Source of the DNA: Planctomycetota bacterium
Lineage (GTDB): Bacteria > Planctomycetota > B15-G4
NCBI GenBank assembly: GCA_965248575.1
Contig: CBDFJQ010000002.1
Span: forward strand, 4,576,001-4,640,000
Direction: 5' to 3'
Length of the DNA: 64,000 nt
Under the pieces are notes generated by a model that was not told the DNA's origin, made no database searches, and saw only the letters and a program-made list of their open reading frames with translations. Of the stretch, positions 17,858 through 27,604 are shown piece by piece. The position numbers and the translations under genes are program-made. Within the stretch, counting starts at the first letter, position 1, and every line of letters begins with the position of its first letter.

Positions 17858-18859
17858 GTGCGTCCTCTCTCCATCATCAGCGGCATCGTGCTCGGGTTGC
17901 TTGGCATGGAGCTGGGTGTGCGTGTCGGCCTCTATGAGCATGAGGCCAACCGCAACTACTGGGGGCGCCACGCTTTCATTCCCGATGCCGAGGCGGTCTA
18001 TCGACAGGCACCGTCCACGACGTCACTGCATGGTCGTTGGGGGGCGCTCCCCCCGGCGTCGTTGACGACGAATGCGTTGGGCTATCGCGACCACCGGTTG
18101 CTCAACGAGGCAGCCGACGTCCCGCGCGTGATGGTGCTGGGGATGTCGAAGGCGTTTGGTGTCGGTCTTGCACAGGACGAAGACCTCTTTCACCGGCAAC
18201 TTGAGCAATTCCTGCGAACCCGAGCGGACGTGCCGGACGATGTGCAGGTGTTCAATGTGAGTCAGACGGGGTATCGCACCCGCGAGCTTCGCTCTCTGTT
18301 GGCGCGCGAGATCGGTGTGCTTGATCCCCAGCTCGTGGTGGCGTTCGTGCCCTATGGCAAGTGGGAGAGCTTCTATGGACAGGGGAAGGAAGTCGACATC
18401 GTGAATGGTTACCGATTGCCACGCGGGCGTCCTTCAGCGGGTGGTGTCCTCGATGATCTTCGCACCCTTTCGTGGGCCTGGATGCGCATGACGACGAGTT
18501 CGTTGCTCAGCATTCGCGAGTATGTCGACGGGCAGTTGCTGACGCGTCTCACCGCCGAGCAGGCGGATCCGGTAGACGCTACGTCGGTGCGTTCCGGTGG
18601 AGGGCAGAAAGTCCTGAACAACATTCGTTCCATGAAACGACTGTCTGAGAATCAGGGTGCAGCATTCGTGTGTGTGGTTCAGATTCCCGAGGATTGGGAT
18701 GGCTGGATCACGCGCGCGCTGCGGGGCGAGGTCAAGGTCGTGGAGATCGCGGTGGATAGCGAGTGGATGTTCTCAGCAGACGGCCATTGGAACGCAACGG
18801 GACACCGGGAGATCGCCCGGATCTTGGCTGCTCAGCTTCCTGTGCAATCTCTGAACTGA
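17858..18859 (+). CDS. Membrane-anchored SGNH-fold protein (AlgJ/PatB-like partner of the MBOAT)
   Basis: N-terminal TM; TTNALGYRD; VLGMSKAFG (block I variant); DGHWNATGH. Confidence 0.75.
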   Translation: MRPLSIISGIVLGLLGMELGVRVGLYEHEANRNYWGRHAFIPDAEAVYRQAPSTTSLHGRWGALPPASLTTNALGYRDHRLLNEAADVPRVMVLGMSKAFGVGLAQDEDLFHRQLEQFLRTRADVPDDVQVFNVSQTGYRTRELRSLLAREIGVLDPQLVVAFVPYGKWESFYGQGKEVDIVNGYRLPRGRPSAGGVLDDLRTLSWAWMRMTTSSLLSIREYVDGQLLTRLTAEQADPVDATSVRSGGGQKVLNNIRSMKRLSENQGAAFVCVVQIPEDWDGWITRALRGEVKVVEIAVDSEWMFSADGHWNATGHREIARILAAQLPVQSLN

Positions 18860-18892
18860 CGACCCCCTCGCTCTCCCGCCCCTGCTTCCTTC

Positions 18893-20284
18893 ATGAGCTT
18901 CGCATCCGGCAATTTCCTGCTCTTCTACCTGGTGCTCCAGGTCGTCTACTGGGTGTTGCCTATCGCGCGCGTGCGCAAGTCGCTCCTGCTCGTCGCGAGT
19001 TACTACTTCTACATGTCATGGGATGTGGAGTTCGCCGGGCTCATCGCCGTCTCTACGCTCGTTGATTATTCCGTCGGCCTCGTTCTCGGAAGCACCGCGG
19101 CGTCCAAGAAGCGGAAGGCCGCCCTGTGCGTGAGCCTGGCCGTCAACCTGGGCTTGCTGGCCTACTTCAAGTACGCGGGTTTCTTCGTGGAATCCATGCG
19201 AGAGCTGTTGAGTTCGCTCGGTGTTGCCGTCCAGCCGATGGAGCTGGAGATCGTGCTTCCGGTCGGCATCAGCTTCTACACCTTCCAGACGCTGAGCTAC
19301 ACCATCGATGTCTACCGGGGGAAGCTGAAGCCCACCCGTGATCTCCCGGATTTCGCGCTGTTCGTAGCGTTCTTTCCCCAGCTCGTCGCGGGCCCCATCG
19401 TCCGCGCCTCAGAGTTCCTTCCGCAGTTGTCCGTGGCTCAGCGCCTGCAATGGTCTCGGCAGTTCGCGGCCTGGCAGAGGATCCTGATCGGACTGGCCAA
19501 GAAGATCGTCTTGGCCGACAGCTTCGCGCTCGTGGCGAATCAGGTGTTCTCGGAGCCCGAAGCCTACGGGTTCGTTGGCACGTGGTGCGGCGTGTTGGCG
19601 TTCGCATTGCAGATCTACTGCGACTTCTCCGCCTACTCCGACATCGCCATCGGGGCGGCGGCGAGCTTCGGTTATCAGTTGCCCGAGAACTTCCGATATC
19701 CCTATCTGGCGGGGAGCATCCGGGAGTTCTGGAGACGTTGGCACATTTCACTGTCCACGTGGTTGCGCGACTACCTCTACATTTCGCTCGGAGGAAACAG
19801 GCGCGGCGGCTTGCAAGCGACGCGCAACCTGATGATCACGATGTTCCTGGGTGGGCTTTGGCACGGAGCCGCATGGACATTCGTGGTCTGGGGGATCTTC
19901 CACGGCAGCTTGCTGGCGATCCATCGCGTGTGGTCTGCACGATTCGGCGAGATGACGCGCTGGCTCGGCGTGCCCATGACGTTCGGCGTGGTGTGCATGG
20001 GGTGGGTTCTGTTCCGCGCTGAGACCTTCGGAGATGCCGGCGTCGTCTTCGAAGGCATGCTGGGTGTGCGCGAGGTCGCCCACTCTCCCTCTCTGCGTCA
20101 GCCGGTGCTTCGATTGGGCTGCGTCATGCTGTTGGTGCATCTCGTGGTGGCCTGGAAAGAGCGCTACGCGCCCACGGCCTCGTGGCCGCTTACCTGGCGC
20201 GTGGCTCAGGCAACCCTTTGTGCAGGTCTGATCGTCGCCTACTACGAAGGCCAGGCGGAGGCGTTCATCTACTTCCAGTTCTGA
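18893..20284 (+). CDS. MBOAT family O-acyltransferase (AlgI/PatA/DltB-like)
   Basis: LPVGISFYTFQ, FFPQLVAGPIVR, DFSAYSD, FWRRWHISLSTWLRDY, GLWHGA, terminal FIYFQF. Confidence 0.95.
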   Translation: MSFASGNFLLFYLVLQVVYWVLPIARVRKSLLLVASYYFYMSWDVEFAGLIAVSTLVDYSVGLVLGSTAASKKRKAALCVSLAVNLGLLAYFKYAGFFVESMRELLSSLGVAVQPMELEIVLPVGISFYTFQTLSYTIDVYRGKLKPTRDLPDFALFVAFFPQLVAGPIVRASEFLPQLSVAQRLQWSRQFAAWQRILIGLAKKIVLADSFALVANQVFSEPEAYGFVGTWCGVLAFALQIYCDFSAYSDIAIGAAASFGYQLPENFRYPYLAGSIREFWRRWHISLSTWLRDYLYISLGGNRRGGLQATRNLMITMFLGGLWHGAAWTFVVWGIFHGSLLAIHRVWSARFGEMTRWLGVPMTFGVVCMGWVLFRAETFGDAGVVFEGMLGVREVAHSPSLRQPVLRLGCVMLLVHLVVAWKERYAPTASWPLTWRVAQATLCAGLIVAYYEGQAEAFIYFQF

Positions 20285-20542
20285 TGAGTCTTGCGTGGCG
20301 CAGGGATGTCAGCGTTGACGATTTCCGTCGGTCTGCGCGGCGCGAAGTCCACGGATTGTGTCCGGGGCACTCGGGTCGATCGCGGATGCGGCTCCGCATT
20401 GGGGGCGAGGAGGCCTGAAGGCCTCTGGGGGAGAGTGCTCAATCGATGGTGCGCAGCCCGTGAGTGCTGCGGCGTCCCTTGGAGGTTGGGCCGTGTGGGG
20501 TACGCCAAGGTGACGCAGGACGGACTCTTCGGGCCCCACAGG

Positions 20543-21868
20543 TCAGGCTCGTCGTTTGGCCCCCTTGAGCCCGAGGATCTTGCATGCCTCCTCGTCGAGA
20601 AGCGCGCGGACCGCCTCCGAGTCCTCGTACTCGAGGATCAGATCGCAGAGGGAGCGAACGGTCTCCGGTTGTGTTCGACGTGCGAAGAGGACAAGGGGTT
20701 CGACTTCGCCGAGACACTTCGCACCTGCGAGCAACAGCTCCAGTTCAGCTACGGGGAGCAGCGGGTATTCGGTGTCCTGGTTGAGATGGCGGATACGTTT
20801 GAGGTCGGTCGCGGCCTCTTCGAACAACTGTCTCGGGTCTCCCACCTCGTCGGACTCTTCTGCGATTGCATGCAGAATGCGCGAGGCCGCCGCTGAGAGA
20901 GCGTAGGACGCCAACCGCTGAGGGCTCGGAACGCGCTGCTCCTCGGGAAGGGCATGGTTTCGGCGCATGAACGCGGACGTGGCCTCGGTCTTCTGCAACG
21001 CTTCGGCTTCTCCAGCGATGCGGCGTTCCTCCGCCGTATAGACCTCCAGGCTCAGGACTCCCTTCAGTGGGAGAAGCATTGTGTGTTGGGCCATGACCCC
21101 CAGCGGACTCGCAGGGCCCACCAAACTCATGACCATTCGGCCAGCCGATGCCGTCATCTCGAAGTCAGCGTTGACGGATTCGTCGTAGCGCTGCAAGCAC
21201 AAGAGGAACTCACGGAGCACGCCTGCCACGTCACTGTTTTGGAGCGCGTCCCCTTGGTCAGAGAGCTCTCGGATCCAGTTGAATGACTGGCGCTCAATGT
21301 CATTGAGGTCGGATTGGGAGAGGTTGTCGCTCCATGGCGAAACGATCAGGCGACTCGCAGCGAGTCGTTGGAGGTTGGCGATCAAGACGGCGAGGTCTTC
21401 CTGCTTCACCTGCATGTCGTTGGAACCGCCTGCAAGCGCTTCCGCAACGGATTCGACTTGATTGACGACCTTTGAAACTAAGCTGGTCATGTCCATGTCT
21501 GAGTCGCCCTCGTCATCGGGTAGTGCCTTCTGGAGTACTACAATCGCTCTCTTGAGCTGCCCGGTGGAGAATCTCAGGCCAAGTTTGTTCTGAATGGCCT
21601 CGCTGAGGCCGTTCCAGCTCAGTTCACTGCGCTTGTCGCCCATCACCCCGTCCATGTCGATGCGATCGAACTTCTCAAGTGCGTTGAGAAGGGCATGTGC
21701 GCACTCCTTCTTTTTCGGCACCCGGGTCCGTGTCCGCCTGACCACGACTCTCAGGTGATCGCCGCTCCTGTCGGGTGTGCCGGGTTCGGAGTTCGGGGCC
21801 CACTGAGCTGGAAGATCGAGTTGGTCAAGGATTGTTGGGTCGCGGTAGCTCTCCTGGTTGGCGCCCAT
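20543..21868 (-). CDS. Hypothetical protein: possible N-terminal HTH plus all-helical C-terminal region
   Basis: 441-aa ORF with GGGGAGG RBS. 'LSWNGLSEAIQNKLGLRFSTGQLKRAI' resembles an HTH. Confidence 0.6.
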   Translation of the reverse strand: MGANQESYRDPTILDQLDLPAQWAPNSEPGTPDRSGDHLRVVVRRTRTRVPKKKECAHALLNALEKFDRIDMDGVMGDKRSELSWNGLSEAIQNKLGLRFSTGQLKRAIVVLQKALPDDEGDSDMDMTSLVSKVVNQVESVAEALAGGSNDMQVKQEDLAVLIANLQRLAASRLIVSPWSDNLSQSDLNDIERQSFNWIRELSDQGDALQNSDVAGVLREFLLCLQRYDESVNADFEMTASAGRMVMSLVGPASPLGVMAQHTMLLPLKGVLSLEVYTAEERRIAGEAEALQKTEATSAFMRRNHALPEEQRVPSPQRLASYALSAAASRILHAIAEESDEVGDPRQLFEEAATDLKRIRHLNQDTEYPLLPVAELELLLAGAKCLGEVEPLVLFARRTQPETVRSLCDLILEYEDSEAVRALLDEEACKILGLKGAKRRA

Positions 21869-21880
21869 CGCTGCCTCCCC

Positions 21881-22027
21881 TCAAGAACCAAGTGTCTGGA
21901 TAGCGGACGTGACAGGGAGTAACGGGTTGAGCCGCTGAAACAGGGGATTCAAAGCCCACGCAGCCGCGCCTGCTGAGACCGAAACGAGCATGAGCGAGGT
22001 CAGAAGTGAGGTGATGAAAGAACGCAT
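21881..22027 (-). CDS. Small (48 aa) putative secreted peptide precursor
   Basis: Hand translation: MRSFITSLLTSLMLVSVSAGAAAWA-LNPLFQRLNPLLPVTSAIQTLGS*. The stop abuts the RBS of the next gene. Confidence 0.5.
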   Translation of the reverse strand: MRSFITSLLTSLMLVSVSAGAAAWALNPLFQRLNPLLPVTSAIQTLGS

Positions 22028-22921
22028 GACGAGGTCCAGGGAGGATGGTGATGGCGCGACAGGGTCCGCCTACACCTTAGGTAGGAAGTGACGGGTGAAC
22101 GGACACGCCGCACAAAGCCTGGCTTCGGAGGGTGATCGTTGGTGCCCCTCCATCGTGAATTAGGTCCGGAGCGGCGAATTACTGGAACGTCAGTTTTCGA
22201 TACCGCGGGCCGTGTTGATTCGGTGCGTCGCGCAGGTGCTCCAATTGGCTGTTCATGTCCACCTGGGCCGGCGCCGCCTGGACAGTTCTTCGCTGGATCT
22301 TGCCAACCGCCGGCGTGCCCCCGGGTGGACACCCTTTCGGAGACGTGCTGAAGCCCCCTTTGATTGGGTAGTCCGCCGACCTGAAGTTCGAGAGAAGCCG
22401 AGCAGCCTCATCAGCTTTGAGCTCAACGGCTTGGTCCGCTTGATCGTTCGACCCAACCTGCGAAGTCGGACTCCGCGCTGCCTTGAAATCTGTGATCGAC
22501 GACCTGGGGCTGTTGCTCGGACAGGTTCAACAGACCGAGAGAGCGGAGGCTGCGCAACGAGTGCACTGAGGGGGTGGTGGCAAGCTGGGCAGACAACCAG
22601 GTGAGGGACCGTCCGGACGGACCTTTGGTGTTTGCGCCGACTGGCGGCGTACCGAAGTTTGGCATTCACGACGAGGCTCCATAGGTATCAAGAACAGTTC
22701 AGGTAGCGGGAGCCGCGGCTCTTGTCGGCACCCTTCACTGTCTATGGAGGATGTGATGGGCTAGACCGGGCGCAAGTGAGTGAGCGCTGTCCGGCGGGTC
22801 GGAAGACGGTGCCCAGGGTCATTGGACTCGTCGGGAGTCGGCGGCCTCAGGAAACAGGTCGCTCGAAGGGTGCTGCCGGGTCCATCACCCAGCTGCGTCC
22901 CGCCGCCTCCCCGCCCCAGGC

Positions 22922-24712
22922 TCACGGCACCTTGAACACCGCCACGCGGTCGTCCTCGTAGAGCGGGTCCCCGCACCACTTTTTGAGCGCGAGGCGTCGC
23001 AGCGAGTTGAGCTGGGCGTCCGCCTCCTCTCGCGGGAAGGGCCCTGGGTCGAGGCGGCCCAAGACAAGCTCGTCGTGGAGCAGTGAGAAGGGCGCCCAGT
23101 AGACCGGCAGCGGCAGCGTCGGCTCCTCTTCGATTTCGTCGCGGGGCGGGTACTTGTCGAGGATCACGGCGTCGATTTTCCGTGCTTCGACAAGCGATCG
23201 CAGTGGGCGGACGTCGCCGCCGAGGAACCTGCTCGAGACGGCATCCCACTCGTTGTGGCTCGTGAGGTTGCCCCGGCTCAGCGCGAGGTTGGTGACGTAC
23301 CCGCCCGGCTGCCGCTTGGCATGGATGGTCTGGGCGTGGTTGTGCCAAGCATTCGCTCCCCTGGGTTGGAACGGTACCTCGATCACCGTCGTGATCGACA
23401 CGTCGTCGGCGAGCTGCTCCAGCGCGGCCGATCGCACCACCGGCCACCCAGGCAGCGGTGCGGCGTTGCGCTCCATGCAGAACAGGGCGGCCGTCAGGCC
23501 GAGTGCGATGTGTCGGCTCCGTACCGACGGCAGGCGCTGCATGAGGTCCCGCCACGCTGCGGCCAGCAGGATGCCCAGGCACAGGTGCATCAGGAGGACC
23601 ATCCGCTGCGCGGCCCGGAGCATCCCCAAGACCGGGAGCTCCCCGATCCACTTGTCGGGCAGCGTGATGCCCGTGGGCTCGCCGCGGATGCTGAGTTCGC
23701 TGCCAAGACCCAGGACGAACGCGACGAGACACAGCGTGCTCCAGACGAGGAAGCCGCGCTGTCGGACGACTCCGCGGATCCCTGCGATGAGGACGGCGAG
23801 CGTCGTCCACCCGAACATGGTCGGCCAAGAGACGAGAGGCATGGTGTCACTCACGCCGCTGAGCCACCGGAAGCCCAGCAGATCGTTCCAGTGGCGGACG
23901 TTGGCCCTGGTGCCATGGATGGGCTCCGGGCCCCAGACAACCGCTGACGCGAGTGGCCAGATGACGAGCAGGACGGCGGCCGCGGCGAGCCCACCCGCGA
24001 CCAGCAGCCGCGTGGCGCCCTGCTTCCAGGGCATGTCGCCTGCCCAAGACCGCCCTCCCAGGAGCAGTGCAAACCCGAGCAGCGCGCCATAGACGAGGTA
24101 GTACGACGAGCCCGCCGCGAGCAAGGCCGCGCAGGCCGCGACGCCGAGCGCGTTGCGCACACCTCCCTCGCGCCAGCTCTTCATCATCGCGAGCACGAAG
24201 AGCGGTAGGAACTCAAGCGCCGACAGGTTGAGTTGGGGAATGAAGTACAGGTGGATCGCGGAGAACGTCCACGTGAGACCCGCGAGGAACGCGCCGCCCG
24301 GGTGTCGGGTTACGTACCGGGCGAGCAGGTAGAAGGTGAAACCCGACAACGCGTAGTGCGTGACGGTGAGCCATCGGAAGACGTCTTCGACGGGCGCGAC
24401 CAACGAGAGCAGTCCGCCGGGGATGGAGTTTACGATCGAGAGCGTGTGGAGCCCCAGATCCACACCCGTGCGGTAGTGGAGGAAGTCCGTCGCGTACAGC
24501 GGCAGGCCCTGGACGAAGACCGCCTCGCGGACCCACCAGAAGTTCCACAGGTTCACGAGTGCGTCGGGACGCGTGCTCGGCATGGTCCCCGACGACACGG
24601 CCAGCGGCCACGTGAGGGCCACCGCGGCGACGGCGTACAGAGCCAGGACCCACCGCCCGGAAAGTCCGGCAGGGGCCGTGACGTCGGCTTCAATCGGTGG
24701 CGATTCGGGCAT
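22922..24712 (-). CDS. Polytopic membrane protein, GT-C/YfhO-like glycosyltransferase candidate
   Basis: TWPL..D..NLWNFWW..PLY.TD.L.Y..G; many TMs; periplasmic tail with QTIH..GGY. Confidence 0.65.
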   Translation of the reverse strand: MPESPPIEADVTAPAGLSGRWVLALYAVAAVALTWPLAVSSGTMPSTRPDALVNLWNFWWVREAVFVQGLPLYATDFLHYRTGVDLGLHTLSIVNSIPGGLLSLVAPVEDVFRWLTVTHYALSGFTFYLLARYVTRHPGGAFLAGLTWTFSAIHLYFIPQLNLSALEFLPLFVLAMMKSWREGGVRNALGVAACAALLAAGSSYYLVYGALLGFALLLGGRSWAGDMPWKQGATRLLVAGGLAAAAVLLVIWPLASAVVWGPEPIHGTRANVRHWNDLLGFRWLSGVSDTMPLVSWPTMFGWTTLAVLIAGIRGVVRQRGFLVWSTLCLVAFVLGLGSELSIRGEPTGITLPDKWIGELPVLGMLRAAQRMVLLMHLCLGILLAAAWRDLMQRLPSVRSRHIALGLTAALFCMERNAAPLPGWPVVRSAALEQLADDVSITTVIEVPFQPRGANAWHNHAQTIHAKRQPGGYVTNLALSRGNLTSHNEWDAVSSRFLGGDVRPLRSLVEARKIDAVILDKYPPRDEIEEEPTLPLPVYWAPFSLLHDELVLGRLDPGPFPREEADAQLNSLRRLALKKWCGDPLYEDDRVAVFKVP

Positions 24713-24818
24713 GGCGCGACATCGTACGCGGCCGAACGGGCAGAACCAGGGCCCGTCGGGTGGGTGACGACACAGGCCTCCAGGCGAGCTGCTACTCTCA
24801 TGGGGAGAGGAGAACCTC

Positions 24819-26435
24819 ATGATGACCCGATGCGCGTCGTCTCGAGACTTGCGGCCCCTCGTCTGGGCGCTGCTGTTGTGCAGTGCGCCTGCCGCCTTCG
24901 CCCAGTCGGAGGTCGAGTTCATCGGCACCAACGGGGTCGCGAGCGACCAGTTTGGCGCTTCGCTGGACCTCCAGGGCGACACCCTGGTGATCGGATCTCG
25001 AAGACTAGGTCCCAACCCGTCGCAGGGATACGCGATCGTCTACCGCCAGGTCGGCGGGACGTGGCAGCAGGAGCAGAAGCTCACCCAGAGCGGTGGCGCC
25101 GACGGCGATGCCTTCGGCATTGACCTTGCCCTCGACGGCGGCGTGATCGCCGTCGGAGCGTTCGGTGCCGACGTGGGTGGATCGGCCGACGCCGGAGTCG
25201 TGGTCGTCTTTCGTCACGACGGCCAGGACTGGATCGAGGAACAGGTGCTGTCGTCCAGCCCGCCTGAGGCGGGGGCAGCCTTCGGCAGCTCCGTCGCCCT
25301 CGACGGGGATGTGCTCGTGGTCGGTGCGAGTCTGGATGATGCGGGAGGCCTGGCCGACTCGGGTTCGGCCACCGTGTTCCGCTGGAACGGCGCGAGCTGG
25401 GTTGAGGAAGTCGTCCTGCTTCACCAGACAGCGGAGAGTTCCGATTGGTTCGGGGAAGGGGTGGCGATCGATGACGGCGTCATCGCCGTGAACAGCTGGA
25501 GCGACGATGTGGGCGGCGTGACCAGCGCCGGTTCCGTCCATCTGTTCCGTTGGGACGGAGCCGCCTGGGCATTCGAGCAGTTGCTCACGGCGAACCCTCC
25601 GCTCGCATCCAACCGCTTCGGGGATGCCCTGGACCTGCACGGCGACGTCCTCGTCGTGGGAACTCACCAACAGGACGTCGGGGTGAACCCCAACCAGGGC
25701 ACGATCCGGATCTTCCGCTGGAACTGTGTCACGTGGGCCAGCGAGGGCGAGTTCTCGCGGGCTCTCGGCGCAGCGGGCGACGAGTTCGGTTACGCCGTTG
25801 CGGCAGATGAAGACACGGTAGTCGCTGGCTCGCGGCTTGACGACGTGGGCGGGAAGCTCAATGCCGGTTCGTTGAGCGTCTTCCGCTGCAGCGGACAGGA
25901 TTGGGTGGAGCGGCAGCTGCTCTCACCCGCTGGCACCGACCCCCAGAGCCAGGTCGGCTTCAGCGTAGCCGTCGATGGCGATTTGATGCTGGGCGGCGCA
26001 CCGGTCCACGACGTCGGGGGCACCGTCAACCAGGGCGCCGCATGGCTGCTCGACTTGACGCCCGGCCCATGGACGGAACTGACCGGCGCAACGGCCGGCG
26101 TCGAAGGCTCTCCGGAGCTGGCGGCCCAGGGCACGCTGGTGGGAGCCTCCCCGGTGACGTTCACGATCCATAAGGCGCCGCCTAGCGCCTTGATGCTCGC
26201 GTGGGTTTCGTTCGCGCCCGTACCGTTCGCTGCGCTGGGCGGCACCGTGCAGGCGCATCCGTTCTCGAGTCAGGTGTTTCTGAGCGCGGGTCCGTTCGGT
26301 GGCTTCGAGGCAACGTTGGCATGGCCGACTGGCGTTCCGGCGGGCACGCAGTTGTGGCTCCAGATGCTCGTCGCCGATGCATCGACGCCGCACGGGGTCA
26401 CGCTGTCGAACGGCCTACTGGCCGTTACCCCCTGA
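24819..26435 (+). CDS. Secreted FG-GAP_2 propeller protein with the shared C-terminal domain
   Basis: Signal peptide; repeats D.FG.SVALDGDVLVVGA..DD; ends QMLVADASTPHGVTLSNGLLAVTP. Confidence 0.9.
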   Translation: MMTRCASSRDLRPLVWALLLCSAPAAFAQSEVEFIGTNGVASDQFGASLDLQGDTLVIGSRRLGPNPSQGYAIVYRQVGGTWQQEQKLTQSGGADGDAFGIDLALDGGVIAVGAFGADVGGSADAGVVVVFRHDGQDWIEEQVLSSSPPEAGAAFGSSVALDGDVLVVGASLDDAGGLADSGSATVFRWNGASWVEEVVLLHQTAESSDWFGEGVAIDDGVIAVNSWSDDVGGVTSAGSVHLFRWDGAAWAFEQLLTANPPLASNRFGDALDLHGDVLVVGTHQQDVGVNPNQGTIRIFRWNCVTWASEGEFSRALGAAGDEFGYAVAADEDTVVAGSRLDDVGGKLNAGSLSVFRCSGQDWVERQLLSPAGTDPQSQVGFSVAVDGDLMLGGAPVHDVGGTVNQGAAWLLDLTPGPWTELTGATAGVEGSPELAAQGTLVGASPVTFTIHKAPPSALMLAWVSFAPVPFAALGGTVQAHPFSSQVFLSAGPFGGFEATLAWPTGVPAGTQLWLQMLVADASTPHGVTLSNGLLAVTP

Positions 26436-26452
26436 AACGACGCGCTGCCCGT

Positions 26453-27604
26453 CTAGCGCTCGTGCGGCCAGTCATGCGTTCGCTTCTGGAAGCTGAGGAT
26501 ACGCGGGTTCTGCACCTCGCCGTTGCGGATCTCGATGGCGCGCTGGATCGTCTCGTTGGTAGCCCAGGTCTCAGGGCCCTCGGCGACGTCCTCGAGGAAG
26601 GCCATGACCACCTCGGACAGCTCGTAGCTCGCGGAGCGCCACAGGTAGCTTGGCGTGTGGTCCACGGCGTAGTAGGTCACGGGGCCCACCTGGAAGGTCG
26701 GCTCCTGGAAGGATGTCGGTTTGGCGAAGCTGAAGCCCATGCCCAGGTCGCAGCTTACGTCGACGATCATCGAGCCCTCCTTCAGCCGGTCGGCGTCCTC
26801 CTCGGAGAGGAACATCAGGGGTTTGTCGGTGTTCTGCAGGATTCCGTTGACGATCAGGTCGCTCCGCGCGAGCACGTCGACCAGGCGCCGTGTCTGGCCG
26901 TCCCCGTCCAGGACCTCGATCGGGGAGCCGTCCTCGGGCACGAGCATCTGTCCGTAGCGGCAGCCGGGCACACGGTCGTGCACGGACCAGGCCGGTCGCT
27001 GCGTGTAGACGGTGATGTCGGCCACGCCCTGGCCCTTCAGTGCGTGCACCGCGCCGCGGCTCACGGACCCAAAGCTCAGCACGACCGCGCGTAGCGGCTG
27101 CCCGTACTTCCCGCCGTCCCGACCGGCGAGTGCCATCGCGTGCAGCACGCCGCAGTACCCGGCCATCTCGTTGTTGCGATAGAAAAGGTGCATCTCGTGC
27201 GATCCGTCACGGCGCCAGGTGTACATGGCTTCCCACGCGATGAGGGTCAGGCGGCGGTCGATGGCCACCTGGGTCACGTCCGCCTGTTGCACGCAATGCG
27301 GCCAACCCCAGACCACGCCACCTTCGCGTACGAGCGCTAGGTCTGCTTCCTGCATCTTGGGCAGCAGGACGACGCCGTCGCCGCTCAGCAGCTCGTCGCG
27401 CGCTGCCACACCGCCGAAGAGCTCCCGCAGCCGCTCGTCGGGGATGCCGAAGGGCGCACCGTAGCCCTGCTCGAAGGTCATGCGCTTCCGGAGGTCCTCC
27501 GGGATGCGCTCGAAGTGCGACGGATGGATCGGCACGCGCCGCTCGTTCTCCAGCAGCGAGGTCCCGACGACGGATAGCCCTAGCCCTGTCTTCGGCCCAG
27601 TCAT
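26453..27604 (-). CDS. N5-(carboxyethyl)ornithine synthase-like protein (AlaDh/PNT family)
   Basis: ENERRVPIHP, WGWPHCVQ, LIAWEAM, NNEMAGYCGVLHA, IVDVSCD, YYAVDHTPS. Confidence 0.82.
   Translation of the reverse strand: MTGPKTGLGLSVVGTSLLENERRVPIHPSHFERIPEDLRKRMTFEQGYGAPFGIPDERLRELFGGVAARDELLSGDGVVLLPKMQEADLALVREGGVVWGWPHCVQQADVTQVAIDRRLTLIAWEAMYTWRRDGSHEMHLFYRNNEMAGYCGVLHAMALAGRDGGKYGQPLRAVVLSFGSVSRGAVHALKGQGVADITVYTQRPAWSVHDRVPGCRYGQMLVPEDGSPIEVLDGDGQTRRLVDVLARSDLIVNGILQNTDKPLMFLSEEDADRLKEGSMIVDVSCDLGMGFSFAKPTSFQEPTFQVGPVTYYAVDHTPSYLWRSASYELSEVVMAFLEDVAEGPETWATNETIQRAIEIRNGEVQNPRILSFQKRTHDWPHER

Noticed and set aside
20290..20540. Several short hairpins between convergent genes as an sRNA
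   Set aside because: Stems of 4-6 bp are expected by chance at this GC content, and there is no promoter evidence.
22253..22669. Minus-strand 138-aa ORF with a CPAC motif
   Set aside because: Arg/Ser-rich composition typical of non-coding frames, and competing frames are equally plausible.
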